Source: Lytechinus pictus
Lineage: Eukaryota
Direction of reading: 5' to 3'
Assembly: GCF_037042905.1 (NCBI RefSeq)
Contig: NC_087249.1
Coordinates: 28,086,001-28,150,000, forward strand
DNA: 64,000 bases
Both the position numbers and the translations under genes were made by a program. Below, in pieces: positions 1 through 13,984 of this stretch (position 1 is the first letter of the stretch; every line of letters begins with the position of its first letter). The notes under the pieces are model-generated. The model was not told where the DNA came from. It was given only the letters and a program-made list of their open reading frames with translations, and did no database searches.

Positions 1-272
1 GTTATGATTTACATTTAACGTCACACTTATGCATGTTATCATCATAAATGATATTGCGTTTGAAGTGATGAAAACATTCTTTTCTTCAGCCATTTTTGTA
101 TAAACTCTGTTTTCACTGGACCAGGATTGATGCTGATGAAGATGCTGTTGATACAGATTCTTTGGCTCAGTGGTAAAGAAGAAACTTTATTATGACCTGG
201 CATTTTAGTACTTACTAGACCTTCTCATTGTTTGGATATTAAATGGACTTATTTTTTTACTCCTTTCATTAG

Positions 273-422
273 ACAACCAGTACAAGCAGCTCAAGCCAAC
301 CTCCAGCCAGACAGCAAGCTCCCCCTCCTCCTCCCCCAGACCCCAGGGAGACACCGGAATACAAGGCTGCAATTGAACTCGAGATGTGGAAGGAACAGCA
401 AGCTGGCATGTTTGAGAACCAA
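273..422 (+). CDS. CEP120: CEP120 exon ([50 protein letters not shown])
   Basis: ttag acceptor (AG at 271-272), gtaagg donor at 423; 150 nt, phase 0/0. Confidence 0.9.
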
Positions 423-3400
423 GTAAGGAAACTCTATGAAGTATTAAACACATTAAATATTTTGATTTAGAAAAGTGAAAAAGTCTCCCAGATAGCCTTT
501 GATATTCAAGACGTAACCCCTCTCCCTCCACATCCCTTTTATCTTCAATACGTATACTGTTTTGTATCACTGACTGCTTATACCTTAGTCACATTTGCTC
601 CATGGCGGCCGTACGGCGAGTCGAAAACAATTTTAACATTGCTTTTAATAAAATGAATAAAACAGGTGTTTTTTACTCGCCGTATGGCTACCGTAGAGCA
701 AATGTGGCTGAGGTATTAGTTGTTTTATTCACTATGCAAGAATGGTATACTGTATTAGCATTATCTGTGTTTGATTTATCCTGTAAAACAATCAGAGTAT
801 CATAGTTTTATTGTTTTCTATTTCATTGTAGATGAAAGAAAAAGAGCTTAATCAGCTTCAATCACTAGCTGAAGAATTCAAAAGGAGAGACAGGGAGAGA
901 ACATTAGTACTCAAGAAAAAGGTAAAAACTGCATTTTTAACAGTATTCATGTTAAATTTATAGGTTATGCATGTTTTGCCAATCCACTATTTCTAATCTG
1001 TATCCAGATTTTGCTTTATGACTCTGCCAGTAATCAACAGAAATCATTATGATTATGTAAAAACGTGTGTTATACAATTTGAATTCTGCATAGTGAAATA
1101 TAGCTGAACGTACCCTAGTTTCCATGCACTTTAATGATGCGTACAAGTATATTCAATTGGTCTAGAAGCAGTTGATCTACTTCTTAGATCATCTAATACT
1201 GCATGGGCTAAACCAATTTGGTCTACTATCAATCTGGTCTTATTGCCGATTGGTCTACAGTACATGAGGGCCCGTATTCTGAAGTCAGGTTTAACTTAGA
1301 CCATGGTCTAACTCTGTGCTCAAATTATGGAAAGCCAAACATGTCAAAATTTTCCTTACATTGCATGTTTCTTTTGCTTACTGTGCTCTTTCCTAACTTG
1401 TGAATGGTGAAGAAAATTATCTTATTTATCTTTCCGAAACAGTTAAGAATTAATTATTTGAGCAAAAAATGAGCTGATACATTTATATTATATTGTTAGA
1501 GATTTATGCAACTATTGGCTGTCCATTGTTAAACCACAACTTTAAACAAGAGTTTAGATTAAACTCGAATTCAGAATACGGGCCTAGGTCTATATAATAC
1601 TTAGTCCAATTATCATTAAGTCTAATGGCCAGTTAGTCTAATTTCCACTTTGCCTACTTATTCTTACTTTATCAAATGAAAATTGGTTCAACAGTAAATT
1701 TAACCATTCAGACCAAGTGGATATTGGATGAAAATGGGAAGTTAGACCAAATGATAAATGGGCTAAATGGCAATTAGACTAAATGGATGGTTGTAGACAA
1801 AGTAGGATTAGACCATCTGGAATGAGACCAAGTGGAAAGAATATGAAGCGGGTGTAGAATAATCAGCGATTTACTACAAAATATCAATTGGTCCAGATCT
1901 GATGATTTTCTTTGTCATTTTAGACGGACGAGTATGCAGCACTGGAAGAACAATTAAAGCTTGCCTTGGCCGACGTAGAGAGACGGGAACACCAGCTAGC
2001 TGCTAATGAAGCGGAAGTAGTGAGGCTTCGGGCAGATCTAGAGAGGGAGCACCAACATAAGCTTGTAGAAATACAAGAAGCTTCGAGGAGATTAAAGGAA
2101 GATTGCCTGCATCAGATAGAACTTGAGAAGTAAGCAATTCTGTGAAAATATTCATACATGCCATATAAAGCATTGTTCAGATTTGACATTGTCCAGATTT
2201 TAATTTGTTGTCAAATTTCAAAGATCAGTACCAAATAGCATATAGCACCTCACAAATTCCAGTGTGCTACTCTCATAAAAGAAATTGTGAATGTAATTTG
2301 TAAAGGGTTTATAAAGTCAATATATATGGATAAATGAAGCAATTGATTCCTATTTTCCTGTAAAAAAGGCCTTTTTTTTATTTTTAGGGTTATTTGTATT
2401 TTGTTTTCATGTTAATGAAATCAAGTTGAATTGATATGCTCTTAATTGTTATTGAGTGATTATTTTGAAGTTGTCTCCTGACTGTGGTTAGCCTTGTGTT
2501 GTGCATTTGAAGGCAAAACATTTAGATACAATTTTATATTTCAACACATAATGATTCTGCCCTAAAAGGCACTGCTATTATTCTAATTGAAATTCCTTGT
2601 TAGTTATTTTTGTCCTATTCTCCATCATTAACATACCCAATAGTAAATTACAGCAGAAATTACCCCTACAAATTTCTGAAAAAGTACTACATGATTGACA
2701 AGTAGAGATCCAAAGTGTTAATTTCACAGCTGGGTTGAGAAAATGTACTTTGTTGGTATTTCCTGTAATTGATTTTTGAGCTACATTGAATTCTATGGAT
2801 ATCTATCATTGAAAGGATGTTAATTATTCAAACATCCTGTTTATGTGAAGGTTTTTGGGTGAGATTAGGCTGGGTGTACAAAATTGATTACAATTATATA
2901 TACTCTGTATAAAAGGCAGGTAGGAAATACCAACGTGTGCATTTATAATAACGATAAAAGCAACCAAAGGAGTCAAAATGTGATAAAAAGAGAGTGAGGA
3001 AAAAATGGTAAAATTCAGGCTTGTTGTAATATTGTTTCTTAGATGGAAGCTCAGTCAAAATAAAAGAAACGTTTTTCCATCTTTCATTCCAACCAATCGG
3101 AGTGTTTCATTTCATGTCTATTTTGAACAATGAAATATGGATTTTCATTTTCATCATTCAATTCATGATATTTAGTAATCAGTCTCCATGAAAAGAATAG
3201 TGTGTGTTTTATTTACATGTTCAAAATCTAATCTATACAAAATCCACCTCAGTACATGTATAACAGTATTTAAAGATTGCTCTTACCAAGTGACATATAT
3301 ATTTGGTGGGGTTCACATGGAGTTTCTATTGTACATGTACATGTATGTAACTGATATTCTATGCCCATATTGATTGTGTTTTAGATCAAGAGTGCGGGTA

Positions 3401-6400
3401 TTGGAGGAAGAGAAACAGAGATTGGCCTCACAGCTAGCAGATGCTGATCAGAGATTAGCAAAGAAAGATCAAGAATTTGAACAATTCAGGCAGGAGTCTA
3501 GCAGTAAACCAGAGATTAAACTTCAGGCACAGATCAACCTTCTTACTCTGGAAAAGGTATTTCTGTGAACATATGTAGAATCAGACATTGATGAAATTGT
3601 TCAAATTGTTATTATACATGTCAGTTCTTTGTTGGATTATGAATATATTGTATGTAGTCTTGATTGTTTTTTTTTTAGGTAATGTAAAAATAACATTTAT
3701 CAATCAACATTGTTTCTCAATTAGATTATTAAGTAAGTTATATATCATTGGATAATAGAAAATACAGTTAAGATTTGAATTAAAAACATGTTATATGTCT
3801 TTGGAGTTTTGATGTGTATACATGTATTTGGAAATGTGGGCTTTTTAGACTAATATTCATTCAAATTTAATGGCATAAGTTGGAAATAAATGTTGATGAT
3901 GTTTAAGTATTCATTACTTTAATTTCATTTTGTTTGAAGGGATTTCATATGATCTAATACAGCGCTTCTCAACCTTTTTTTACTCGAGGACCACTTTGAC
4001 TGACTCTCAGATTTTTTTCGAGGCCCACCTACGAAAATTTTAAGAAAATGTCAATTTTGAGGTGAAAATGTTTCGTGAAATTTGAACACAAAGCTCTGAA
4101 GCACATTCGAAACAAACAGTTTGAGAACTAATCTGCATTTGCAAATGTCCGGTAAATGGGCGACAATTAACTACATACACAATATTCATGCACAAGTCAT
4201 GAGGTTCACATTAAAGTAAGATCGAAACCACATAGTGTGCTTGATACCTAAGCCTGTTTAGGACATACCATGTTCGAAGAGGTCTGTGAAAAGTCTATAG
4301 TTTGATTTTCTTTTATTTTTTTTCTCCCTCTGGAGCTTCTCGCAGCCCACCTGAGAGAGATTCGCGGTCCACCGTTTGAGAAGCGCTGATCTAATATAAA
4401 TGTATAATCTCTCTCTCTCTTTCTCCCGACTCCCCAACCACCATGCACCCTTCTTAGGTTGAACTAGAGCGGAAGTTTGAATCGGTGACCAAATCCAAGA
4501 TCCACTACAAGCAGCAATGGGGGCGAGCATTGAAGGAACTTGCTAGGCTGAAGCAGAAGGAGGCCACGGAGGCTAGACAGAGACTCAAGAGACAGCAGCA
4601 GGAGCTGGAGCATATGAGGTTAAGATACCTAGCTGCGGAGGAGAAAGAGGTCGCCAAGGAGGAGAAGAAGGAACTGCAGGAGATCAAGGGAGAATTAAAC
4701 AGGTTGGTCTGAAGAAGATCCTTGTGTATTGGAAGTCTTTAATGAGTAACAAGAGCGGAAACTGTAAGAAAACTTGTCTTTGGAAGCAATTAGAAACATA
4801 TGTATTAGGGGCAATATAGATGTTTTAATTTATTATTATTATTATTTGCCCTGGTATGATTGTATCAAATTGTAACTTTGGATGTGAGCCTAGTTATGCA
4901 ATAGAAAACAAAGCATCCAATTAAAATTGTTCCTACCAAGTACCCATTTATCTCACGTGGATGAAGTTTGACTAATGTAGATAAATATCCTCCTTAATGG
5001 GGTTTGTTGTTTCTGTTATTTAAAGGGGAATCCAACCCAACTGAAAACTTGTTTTTATAAGGAAAAGAAAAATCGACAAGTTGATAGGTGAAAGTTTGAA
5101 CAATATTGGACAAACAACAAGAAAGTTATGAATTTTTAAAAGTTGTAAATATTGGTAATCACTATACCCATGGAGACTTCAAATTGGCCGCATATGGGAT
5201 GTCATAGTGATGTAAGGCAAGGACTACTCTTTCATGTACTCCAATACATATTATGGCTAAAATGTCATTTTTTCCTAAAAGTTTTATTTCAAATTATATT
5301 TTTCTTTCATGAGGATATAAAACAATATACTACCTGGGTTATATTTAGAATACTGCCCCAGGGGAATGGGTACTTAGGAGAAAACCCCAAATCCCTGATA
5401 ATAAAGTACATGGCCTATGGGAAAGTTGTCCTTGCCCCTTGTCATAATTTACTTCCCCAGTTGCCAATTTGAAATCTACATAGTATTAGTGATCTCAATT
5501 TTAAAACAGCTATAACTTTCTTAATGCTTGTCCGATTTCTTTCAAACTTTCACCATTCTGTTTAATTTTTTTTTCTCCTTCCCAACACAACATTTTATGG
5601 CCAAGGCTGGATTCCCCTTTAAGTTTATGATGTTTTCATTAATTGGATGGATTCCACCAGGCATTGTTCTGGGGCCCATAACACAAAGCCTAGCGATTGA
5701 TCCTACAGTTGAATTGTATGATTGGTAGTATACAAATAGCGAATAGGCATGAGTGCGATGGTGCGAGATTTCGCATGAGGTGAAAGTGCATTATTTGTTT
5801 TATAAAATAGCAACACAGAAACAATTTTTTTAAAAGTTACAGTACAGTTTTGTTGGACTTTTACCGCACTGGTTTGCTCGAGCGTGCAATGTCAATTTTC
5901 GTTGCACACCTTTTGCACTACCGTGCAGTGCACAAAAAAAGTTGGATGTCATGTGACGCGTATTGACCAATCGCGATGCTTGAAATAATACAGCTATTTT
6001 ATAATATACAAATAGCGAATAGGCATGAGTGCGATGGTGCGAGATTTCGCATGAGGTGAAAGAAAGATGCTCTATTCAACGAGGCGTTAGCCAAGTTGAA
6101 TAGAGCATCTCTTTCTTTCACCGAATGCAAAATCTCGCACCATTGCACGAATGAGAATATTCGCTATTTGTGTTGTACAACGCCTCGGAATCTAGCGAAA
6201 ATATGAACAAGACAAAACCTTCATTTTTACTGAGCGCAATGAATTAAATCGTATTGTGACGTCACCTCATAAAGCTGTGCAACGGTACATTTTGGATGGT
6301 TCGTTGTGTGTGCAATGGTACGACTATTTGACATTCAGCCTCCCATTTGCTCGCGTACAACAAGCTAAGTAGGCGTTGTACAACGCATAATGATCTATGT

Positions 6401-7037
6401 TATCAATCATAAAAGTCATCCCTACCATCAAATACTAAGCTTTATGTGTTTCTGGGCCCTGGTCCACTCCTATCTCCTGCTGTTTGGATTGACATTGATC
6501 TGCGATGTTGTGTTCATGAAATTAATGTCAATATATAAATTAGTAACCATACCACGGTGAGATTTCAACTGTAGTTAAAGGGGGATGACTTTATAATATA
6601 AAAGTAACGTTTTTAGCATTTATACTAGTTTAATGAATCATTGGTGGTAGTTATATTATATTATAAAAAGAGGTTATTAAAATGTTTAGTAGCTTTTAAA
6701 TATCAAAGATAAATGTACCATTCATACTTCTTCAGAATTTATATAACCAGTTTGAATGTTAATTTTTTTTTTCATGTATAGATTAAAAGACAGTGAAAGG
6801 AGTAAAGAGAAGCAGCAGCAGGCAACCTCACAACCAGGAGAAGAAGACATGAACTCAGAAGAACACCAACAGGAAGGCATGCACCGTATAGAGGATGCAG
6901 CACTGGAAGAACATGTAGCGAGGTTGATAGAAGAAAGAGATACGTTACTAAGAACTGGGGTTTATACACATCAAGATAGGATTATTAGTGAACTAGACAA
7001 GCAGATAAGACAAGCCATTGCACAGAAAGGGTCATGA
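273..7037 (+). CDS. CEP120: Centrosomal protein CEP120, 3' part (C-terminal coiled coil). Coding exons 273-422, 832-921, 1924-2129, 3385-3556, 4458-4702, 6782-7037; 5' exons lie upstream of the window
   Basis: The spliced translation [20 protein letters not shown]...[23 protein letters not shown]...[18 protein letters not shown]...[29 protein letters not shown] closely matches the vertebrate CEP120 C-terminus as recalled. All introns are GT-AG with consistent phases. Confidence 0.95.
581..715. mobile_element. Small palindromic MITE
   Basis: taccttagtcacatttgctc..ccgtacggcgagt pairs with actcgccgtatgg..gagcaaatgtggctgaggta. Confidence 0.75.
832..921 (+). CDS. CEP120: CEP120 exon ([30 protein letters not shown])
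   Basis: AG at 830-831, GT at 922; 90 nt. Confidence 0.92.
1269..1584. mobile_element. MITE with ggcccgtattctgaa TIRs (copy 1), inserted in an older ttggtcta/tagaccaa sub-repeat element (about 1155-1860)
   Basis: 15-bp TIRs; an inverted sister copy lies at 7856-8161. Confidence 0.85.
1924..2129 (+). CDS. CEP120: CEP120 exon ([12 protein letters not shown]...[11 protein letters not shown])
   Basis: AG at 1922-1923, gtaagc at 2130; phase 0/2. Confidence 0.92.
3385..3556 (+). CDS. CEP120: CEP120 exon ([13 protein letters not shown]...[17 protein letters not shown])
   Basis: Lies within ORF 3374-3568; AG at 3383-3384, GT at 3557. Confidence 0.93.
3960..4388. mobile_element. Non-autonomous hAT-type DNA transposon
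   Basis: TIR cagcgcttctcaa / ttgagaagcgctg; exact 8-bp TSD atctaata at 3952-3959 and 4389-4396. Confidence 0.9.
4458..4702 (+). CDS. CEP120: CEP120 exon ([33 protein letters not shown]...ELNR)
   Basis: Overlaps ORF 4485-4712; AG at 4456-4457, GT at 4703. Confidence 0.95.
5024..5618. mobile_element. Non-autonomous TTAA-flanked DNA transposon (Kolobok-like AG..CT termini)
   Basis: ttaa|aggggaatcca ... tggattcccct|ttaa. Confidence 0.8.
5670..6460. mobile_element. ggggccc..aacacaaag-type MITE interrupted by a nested insert (about 5730-6385) containing a 57-bp direct repeat and a palindrome of about 164 bp
   Basis: Termini ggggcccataacacaaag / ctttatgtgtttctgggccc; an uninterrupted relative lies at about 61285-61407. 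Confidence 0.65.
6782..7037 (+). CDS. CEP120: CEP120 terminal coding exon (…[37 protein letters not shown])
   Basis: Lies within ORF 6756-7037; AG at 6780-6781; TGA at 7035-7037. Confidence 0.95.
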
Positions 7038-7855
7038 CAGCAATGATAGAAGGAACAACTGCTGCTCGAAATTGAGGATTCTACAGAAGAAATCATTATT
7101 TTTTTATGATTATATACAATCAAGACTGGATGGTGTTAGACAAGCAGATAAGATTGGCCATGGCACAGAAAAGGGTCACAACAGCAAGGGTAGAGGGAAC
7201 AACTGAATTTGATTGACAGACACTTGGAAAATTCTAGAAAGGAGTTGATAATTTTGTTAATGACTTTGTTGAAGAAAACTAGACAAGCAGATAAGACAAA
7301 TCATTTCAGATGGTGTTGTTGAGGTTTATATACCATCAAGACTCAATTGAAAGTGAACGAGATAAAGAGATATGATTACCTTGTAAAGGATGAGTGAAGG
7401 GCTGTGGCTGGAAAATAGAAAGACAGCCATGAGGAGTCTAGAGAAAATAGATGCTGTTAAGGTTTGTTGGTTTATCAGTGAAACCAACTAAAACAAGACA
7501 AGCTGTTCTAAATACACCATTAAGCCAACATAAATAAAGGGCCCAATTGCATAAACGTTACAGTATTAGTATATTACTATATTATAGTAACTTTGCCTTC
7601 CTATCTTAATAGGACCTACTCAGATTCAACATTTTGACAAGTATGTTCTTCGCAAATTTTGATGAGTATAAAGTTGAAAATGAGGCTGTTCTACTCCCAT
7701 GATGGTGCTGTATGCATGAAATTTCTACAAAACACAACAAAAATCAATGATTGGCTGGAATGTTCTCAGTGGAGTGTTCATGTGGGGTGACTAACAATTA
7801 AAAGTTTCTAAGTAGTTCCTACCTCGGATCTCTCCTTTCCAGCAAAGAATACATG

Positions 7856-8161
7856 GGCCCGTATTCTTAAGTCGGGTTTAACTTAAACTCAGGTTTGAAG
7901 TTGTGGTTTAAGTATGGATGGCCAATTGTTACATAAATCACTAACAGTAGAGATATCATATTTCAGCTCATTTGGCTCTTAGATCATTCATAATTGTCTA
8001 GGAAGTATAAATAGATGATTGTCTTCACCATCGATGAATCAGGAAAGAGCACAGTAAACATTAGAAACATACAATGTAATAAAAATGTTTATGTGTTTTC
8101 CATAATTTTAGCACAGAGTTAGACCATGGTCTAAGTTAAACCTGACTTCAGAATACGGGCC
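7856..8161. mobile_element. MITE with ggcccgtattct TIRs (copy 2, inverted relative to 1269-1584)
   Basis: Shared internal sequence in reverse complement (gagttagaccatggtctaagttaaacctgacttcagaatacgggcc). Confidence 0.85.
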
Positions 8162-8860
8162 ATTGTGTATTGTGAAGCCTCTACCATCCTTCTTCAATGG
8201 GTTATTTAATCTGATAGTCCAGCCTACTTCAATTTTTGATTTGATATGCTTTTTTAAAACCCCAGGTCCTCTGCATCACCATTCATCTTCTCTATGTTCC
8301 TATTATCCATTTCATCTATCATTATGAACAATTCCCTGTATAATCTCTTTCCTGGGCCCCAGTGTCGCATAAGAAAATAGTATTAGGGTAACTTTGCCAT
8401 CCAATTGTAATTACCATGGTAACGCTGCTCAACAACCAATCAAAATCGAGGATTCCATAGAGTTAAGGAAGTCTCATATCCAGTGTACACCGAAATCTCC
8501 ATGACGATAATTATGCAAAGTTTAGGGAGAGCATTGCTGTACGATGTAAGATAAATTTATTTATACTATTTATTGTAAAAATGTACAAACATACATATGA
8601 ATTTTAATTAGACCAATAGTGTGACTGGTGTACCTTGAACTTAAGTGTTAAATGCATTAGCGAATTCTCTGGAGATTAGCCTTATGATTGTCACTAGATT
8701 TTGAAGTGTGTAAACTTGAATTATGTATTTCTAAAAGTCGAGTGATTTTATGTCTCAGTGTGTTTTTGTTTGTACTTGTCTATCTTTTCGTCATTTCCAA
8801 AAGATGCCTTGAATTCTGTGGATACAAGACTTTGCAGTTGAAAAAGTTTTTGTTTACATT

Positions 8861-9083
8861 GGGTGATTTCAAGTTCGGTGTTATTTCTGGATATCTCTTC
8901 GTACTTTGTTCATATTCTCCAAGCCTGCTAATCTCTGCCGACAGGGCTGGAAGGTATGGGATTAGTGTCATTAGGTGTAAGTGGTATAATGTTTCTAAAC
9001 CCACATTCCCTTTTGGGGCTTGGTTTGGCAGTTTCATACAGACTCTCAGCCACCATTATGAACACCACCGAACTTGAAATTGC
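8861..9083. mobile_element. MITE with gggtgatttcaagttcggtg TIR family
   Basis: Left gggtgatttcaagttcggtg, right caccgaacttgaaat; same TIR as 29984-31690. Confidence 0.7.
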
Positions 9084-12000
9084 ATGATATGAATGTTCAT
9101 CCTTGCCAAATGATCTACATTATATTTATCAAAATTGTATTTTCATTTCAGATGTTAACTTGGCTAATCCATTAATTCATTACAATCAGCCATTTTAAAT
9201 GACAAAAGTGTTTTGTTTTGCCTCGTTTTGAAATTGAGAAATGTTCATTTTTTCCAGAATGAAATTTATGACTACCAAATCAGTATCGAGTGTGATTTAT
9301 ATAGTTTATGCAGGTGTAAACTAAGTATGTTTTTGTACTTGTAAATATGTACATCTTTGTGTAAATTTGTTGTTTTGTATATTGTGTAAATATTTGATGA
9401 ATAAATGATATAGGTTTCATGAATTTCTCTTTTTTTGTGCTATTTCGGTAGATTGATGTTTAGATTAACAAGGGTATCGTGATGTAGTAGTGGCTTTGCT
9501 GCATGTAGGGCTTTCATACTGTCTATTTCCAATCTACAATTTTCTTGTCTATTTACCAAAAGGATTGAAAGGAAAGTCTGGGCTCTGCTTAATAGATGAG
9601 GTTCCTTAGAAGGATCAAATGGGGAAAAAAGGATTTTACACAAAATAATGCAAAACCCGGTTATGATACCTATTACTGTAAGGTAAAGTAGTGAAAATAA
9701 AGTTCCTTTAGATAAAATAGATCCTGTCTATAAAGCTTTTTCAAGTTATGGATGCTTTCATGAAGAGCTGTTTGAATTGAGCTCCAAATTGGTTTAAAAA
9801 AAAAGAATTATGAGATCCTAGTAAACAAAATTATAATAGTTTGAAAGAAATTGGAGAAGGATAAGAATATTATGGACGATTGTAAATTAAGATTGCTTTT
9901 TAAATCTCAACTTGGCAATAATGTGAGAAAAGGAATGACAAATTACCATTTTGTAAATATTTGTAGGAACTGAAATCTTACTGGTAACTTGTCTGGCTTT
10001 GTTGTACTTTATAGCTTACATCTTCAGAGTTGGCCATTTCTTAACCAATTTAAGAGAAGGGAGAAAATACAAGTGGAAGAGTCATATTTTCTTGACATGA
10101 AATTTGTAATGTTTTTTTCTCTCTCACTGTAACATTTCTTACTTGTTCCTACGTCTGGCAACCTTTCTTTGAAAAGTATCTGGTATATTTCAATGTATAT
10201 TAGGAACCCCATGGAACGTTTGATGAAGGGTTACTTTTTCATGAAATTCAAAACTTTGAAGAAAAAATAAACTGAGCTTGAAACTAATCAGTGAAATATT
10301 GGTAAAACTTTTATTACAATATAACTCATTGAAATGCTCAACAATTCTTGATTAAAAATTTACATATATTTCTTATGTAAACATATATACACACATGCAT
10401 ATATACCATGCCTAAGGCTGCATAAAGTTAACATATATACATCTATATACATCAGCTTTAAAAAAAAATGAAGATTTTCATAATGAAAATCATTTTCTTT
10501 GGCTTAGGCAAGGATTGTTTCAATCCTTCAAATGTAAATTGCATCATAGCAAAATGGAGAAATAATCAACTCTCCAATTTTTTTTGAGAAAACCTTTTCT
10601 GTAAAAATAGAATACTAGTAAATCATGAAGAAAAAATAAATGTAATCAATAAATCATATTTCATGAGGAAAATACATTTCAGTTTCAGGTATGATCATAT
10701 GTATCACATACTTTTCTTGTCAATTTCCTACTTGAAAACATCGCTAACATTAACCCACTTTCTTCCATAAACCCTGAACTGGAACCCTAACATGTAACCC
10801 TAACACTTGATAAAAATCACTTTGAAGAAAATACCAAGTGACCTAAATTTTAAAGCATTTCTAATAATGAATTTTCATTTGTAGAAGTAACCAAATATTC
10901 AATAAAATAAGACAAATTTTCTTCACTATTCAGTATAAATTAATTATACTTCATATCTTTTACAACATTTGTTGTCTAAATCCTTAACTGACATGATTTT
11001 GAGAATGTCATAAATTATCAAACCATTTTATTTCTAATACTATCAACGTTGAGTTCATTGTGATAAATACTAAGAAATATAACCCTCTAATCATGGAAAG
11101 CGAGGTCCTCATATGAGAAAGATGCAAAAATATCTCAAAATAAATTACATTTGACAAAATAAGTTTTCCTACCTTGAAAACCTGATATATAGGCAGCTCA
11201 TAGACTTGTTTCTTTTTCACTTTCTGTGATTCTGTATTACGAGATGATACCATGATGAATATCTGAGTAAAATATGATTAATCTTTCTTTTCAAGACAAA
11301 TCCTTGTAAATTCAATTTATTTCAGAGCTATTATCACAAGGCATAATCTTAACAATTACTTGATTCCATAAAATTAATACAAATTGGGAATATATTAAAC
11401 ATGTTGTAATGGAGGTAGATGTAAAACTGGAAATGTCCAGACATCCATTCACCTTTCCATAATTCTAGAATGTCGTTATAAAATTACTTAATCGAAATGA
11501 ATATATTTCTGAACAGTATTTTCTTATTGGTGCTGGACAAGAATGTAACAGAAACTAGATTATGCTATCTATTTTTTTTTCTTCCAATTTTCAACATATA
11601 TACACAATGTACTTAACTTGATTCGCATGCAGAACGGTACTATGCAAAACACATTTACATGGTTTTTTTTTTCTTTGACATGAACAAGAAATTCCATTCA
11701 CATTAAATACAAGATTTTAACACATGTACACATACATTATTTGAAAATGAGTGAAGATGGATTGATAATCAACGAGTGATCATTAACGGCAAAAATTTAC
11801 ATTCAGTGATACACCTACTGGCCCTTAATTCACTGAGGAAATTCAGAACAAGGATGATAAAATATCATCCGCATGGCTAATGCAAAATTTGATACTAACA
11901 AATTTATTTGCATTCCCTTCAAACTACATAGGAGAGCATTTAAAGCATCCAGTACATTGAACTTTTTTGTGAACTCCAGTCATTCAGTTCTTAATCAATT

Positions 12001-13984
12001 CCCCAAGAAATATAAATCAACAACTCTGTTGCTGATCACCTTTGGTGGATGAAAAAGGAAAACTGTGCTTGTTGTTCTCACACAAAGACTTGGAAAGGCT
12101 GGTAATAATATCAGAGCAGCTATCAATAACATTTTCATAAACATTAGTATGAACTCAAAAGATTAACCTATATCATTATCAAGTATTTTACAGTGTGTCA
12201 ATTATGCACAATCAAGAATGAATTCATTTAATACATGAAAAACATTTTTACATATCTCATCATTCTATTCGTCAAGGACAAACTTAATTACACCAAACCT
12301 ATGGTAAATTTCTCAATCGCTTTGATTTAAAACAAAAATGTACAGTGGAATCAATCTCAAAACCTATGAATAACACTTAACAGGATGAAATCTTTGCGAG
12401 AAATTAAGAGATCTCATGTAATTTCACCATCATTCAAGGAAGAATATGAGGAACTAGCTTAGAGAAGAATTTTGTCTTGTACATTATTCATGTGCAAGAG
12501 ATCTTGTGTATATGTCTAACAGTTATTCAATTAGTAAAAAGGAAATAGTTCTGAGATTTTTTTTCTCTTTTAAATTGTTTCTATCCTCATGATAGTTATG
12601 TCAGTTTGATCAATACAATTTGAATTTTGCATTCCGCTGAATTCTCTAATTTTCATGGCATCATCTAAAATAAAGTTTGTTACATAATCACAGAGATTCA
12701 GTATAATGACATTAAAATATGCAAAATATCTTTCTTAACAATAGAGAGCTCAACTAGAGACTGAACAAAGTCACATTCATTCATAATATGAATTTTAAAA
12801 AACATCTAGCTATGATTGGCAGTATTTTATTAAAATTAGAACTTTTTCATGTTCAACATTTTTCGTTCTAGATTTCGATGACATCTTACCCGTCACAATC
12901 CAGTGTCAAGTTAGATTGATATCGGGATCTTGAACACATTTAAAAACAAATAAAAATAAGGGATATCCCAACATCTAAAATTCTTCATCTGTACTATGTT
13001 TAACAAAATTGATTTCTGACCCATAATCAATGAAATTTTAAAGAATGTCACATCTCCTCACTTTCCTGTAAACAAAAATCTCTGACATATCTTGTGATGT
13101 AATATTTGTCACAACAGAGGCTGCGTTACTATCTCACCCATAATAACGATACCTACTTATCAAGCACATATCATATACTTTATCGGAAAACAGGAAATTC
13201 TATACGATAATGCAGATTAATAAGCCTGGCTTTAGTACAGCAGCGGTACGCACCGATTGGGTGAAAAAAAAATTGCATTAAAATGATACACCATTCACAG
13301 GAGACATCGATGAAACTGATCAAGAAAACAAAGAAATACCATATACCAATCCCGCTTACATTATTTCATTCAAATTCATTTAATTTGATTTAGGTTTGAA
13401 TATGAATGTAAATATTGTGGCAAAAATATCTATACCAGTATAACTAAAAAGAATACAGAATGTTCTACTCTCAGATAATTTGCTCAGCACTACCACTTTT
13501 TTTGTCGGAGCACCATCGTGGAGAAAAATGTTACCGGAATCCAATTGCATTGGCCAGATTGCAGTGCCCCGTACTCACTCAGGCCTAGTTATAATCCAAT
13601 GCAAATTCATAAATTGTATGAAACCTAATTCTTGTATTTTCATTTCATGGTATCGCATTTGCAAAGTTGAAGTATTTAGACAGTGTCAACATAGTAATAA
13701 AACTCAATTCCGCATGATGATTTTCATACCTTTCTCTCTTTTATCCAATCAGAGATGACCAAGGCAAAATTCATAAAGAATATTTTATCTCCATAACAGA
13801 TATTCTATCTCAATAAGAACAACCATAAGTGGTTGACTTGGCAGTCATTTGTCATTAAGTCCAATCCAATCATATTAAATCATTACCATAATCCAGTTAG
13901 TAAATATGATTTTGGTATCACATGAATTTGTAAAACAATATATCTTATACGTACTATCAACTAACCCCCCCCCCCCCATGAATT

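Noticed and set aside
125-172. Possible small CEP120 exon (IDADEDAVDTDSLAQ) with AG/GT flanks
   Set aside because: Its open frame ends in phase 2 but the next exon (273) needs phase 0, and the phase-0 reading contains TGA. It cannot be supported without transcripts.
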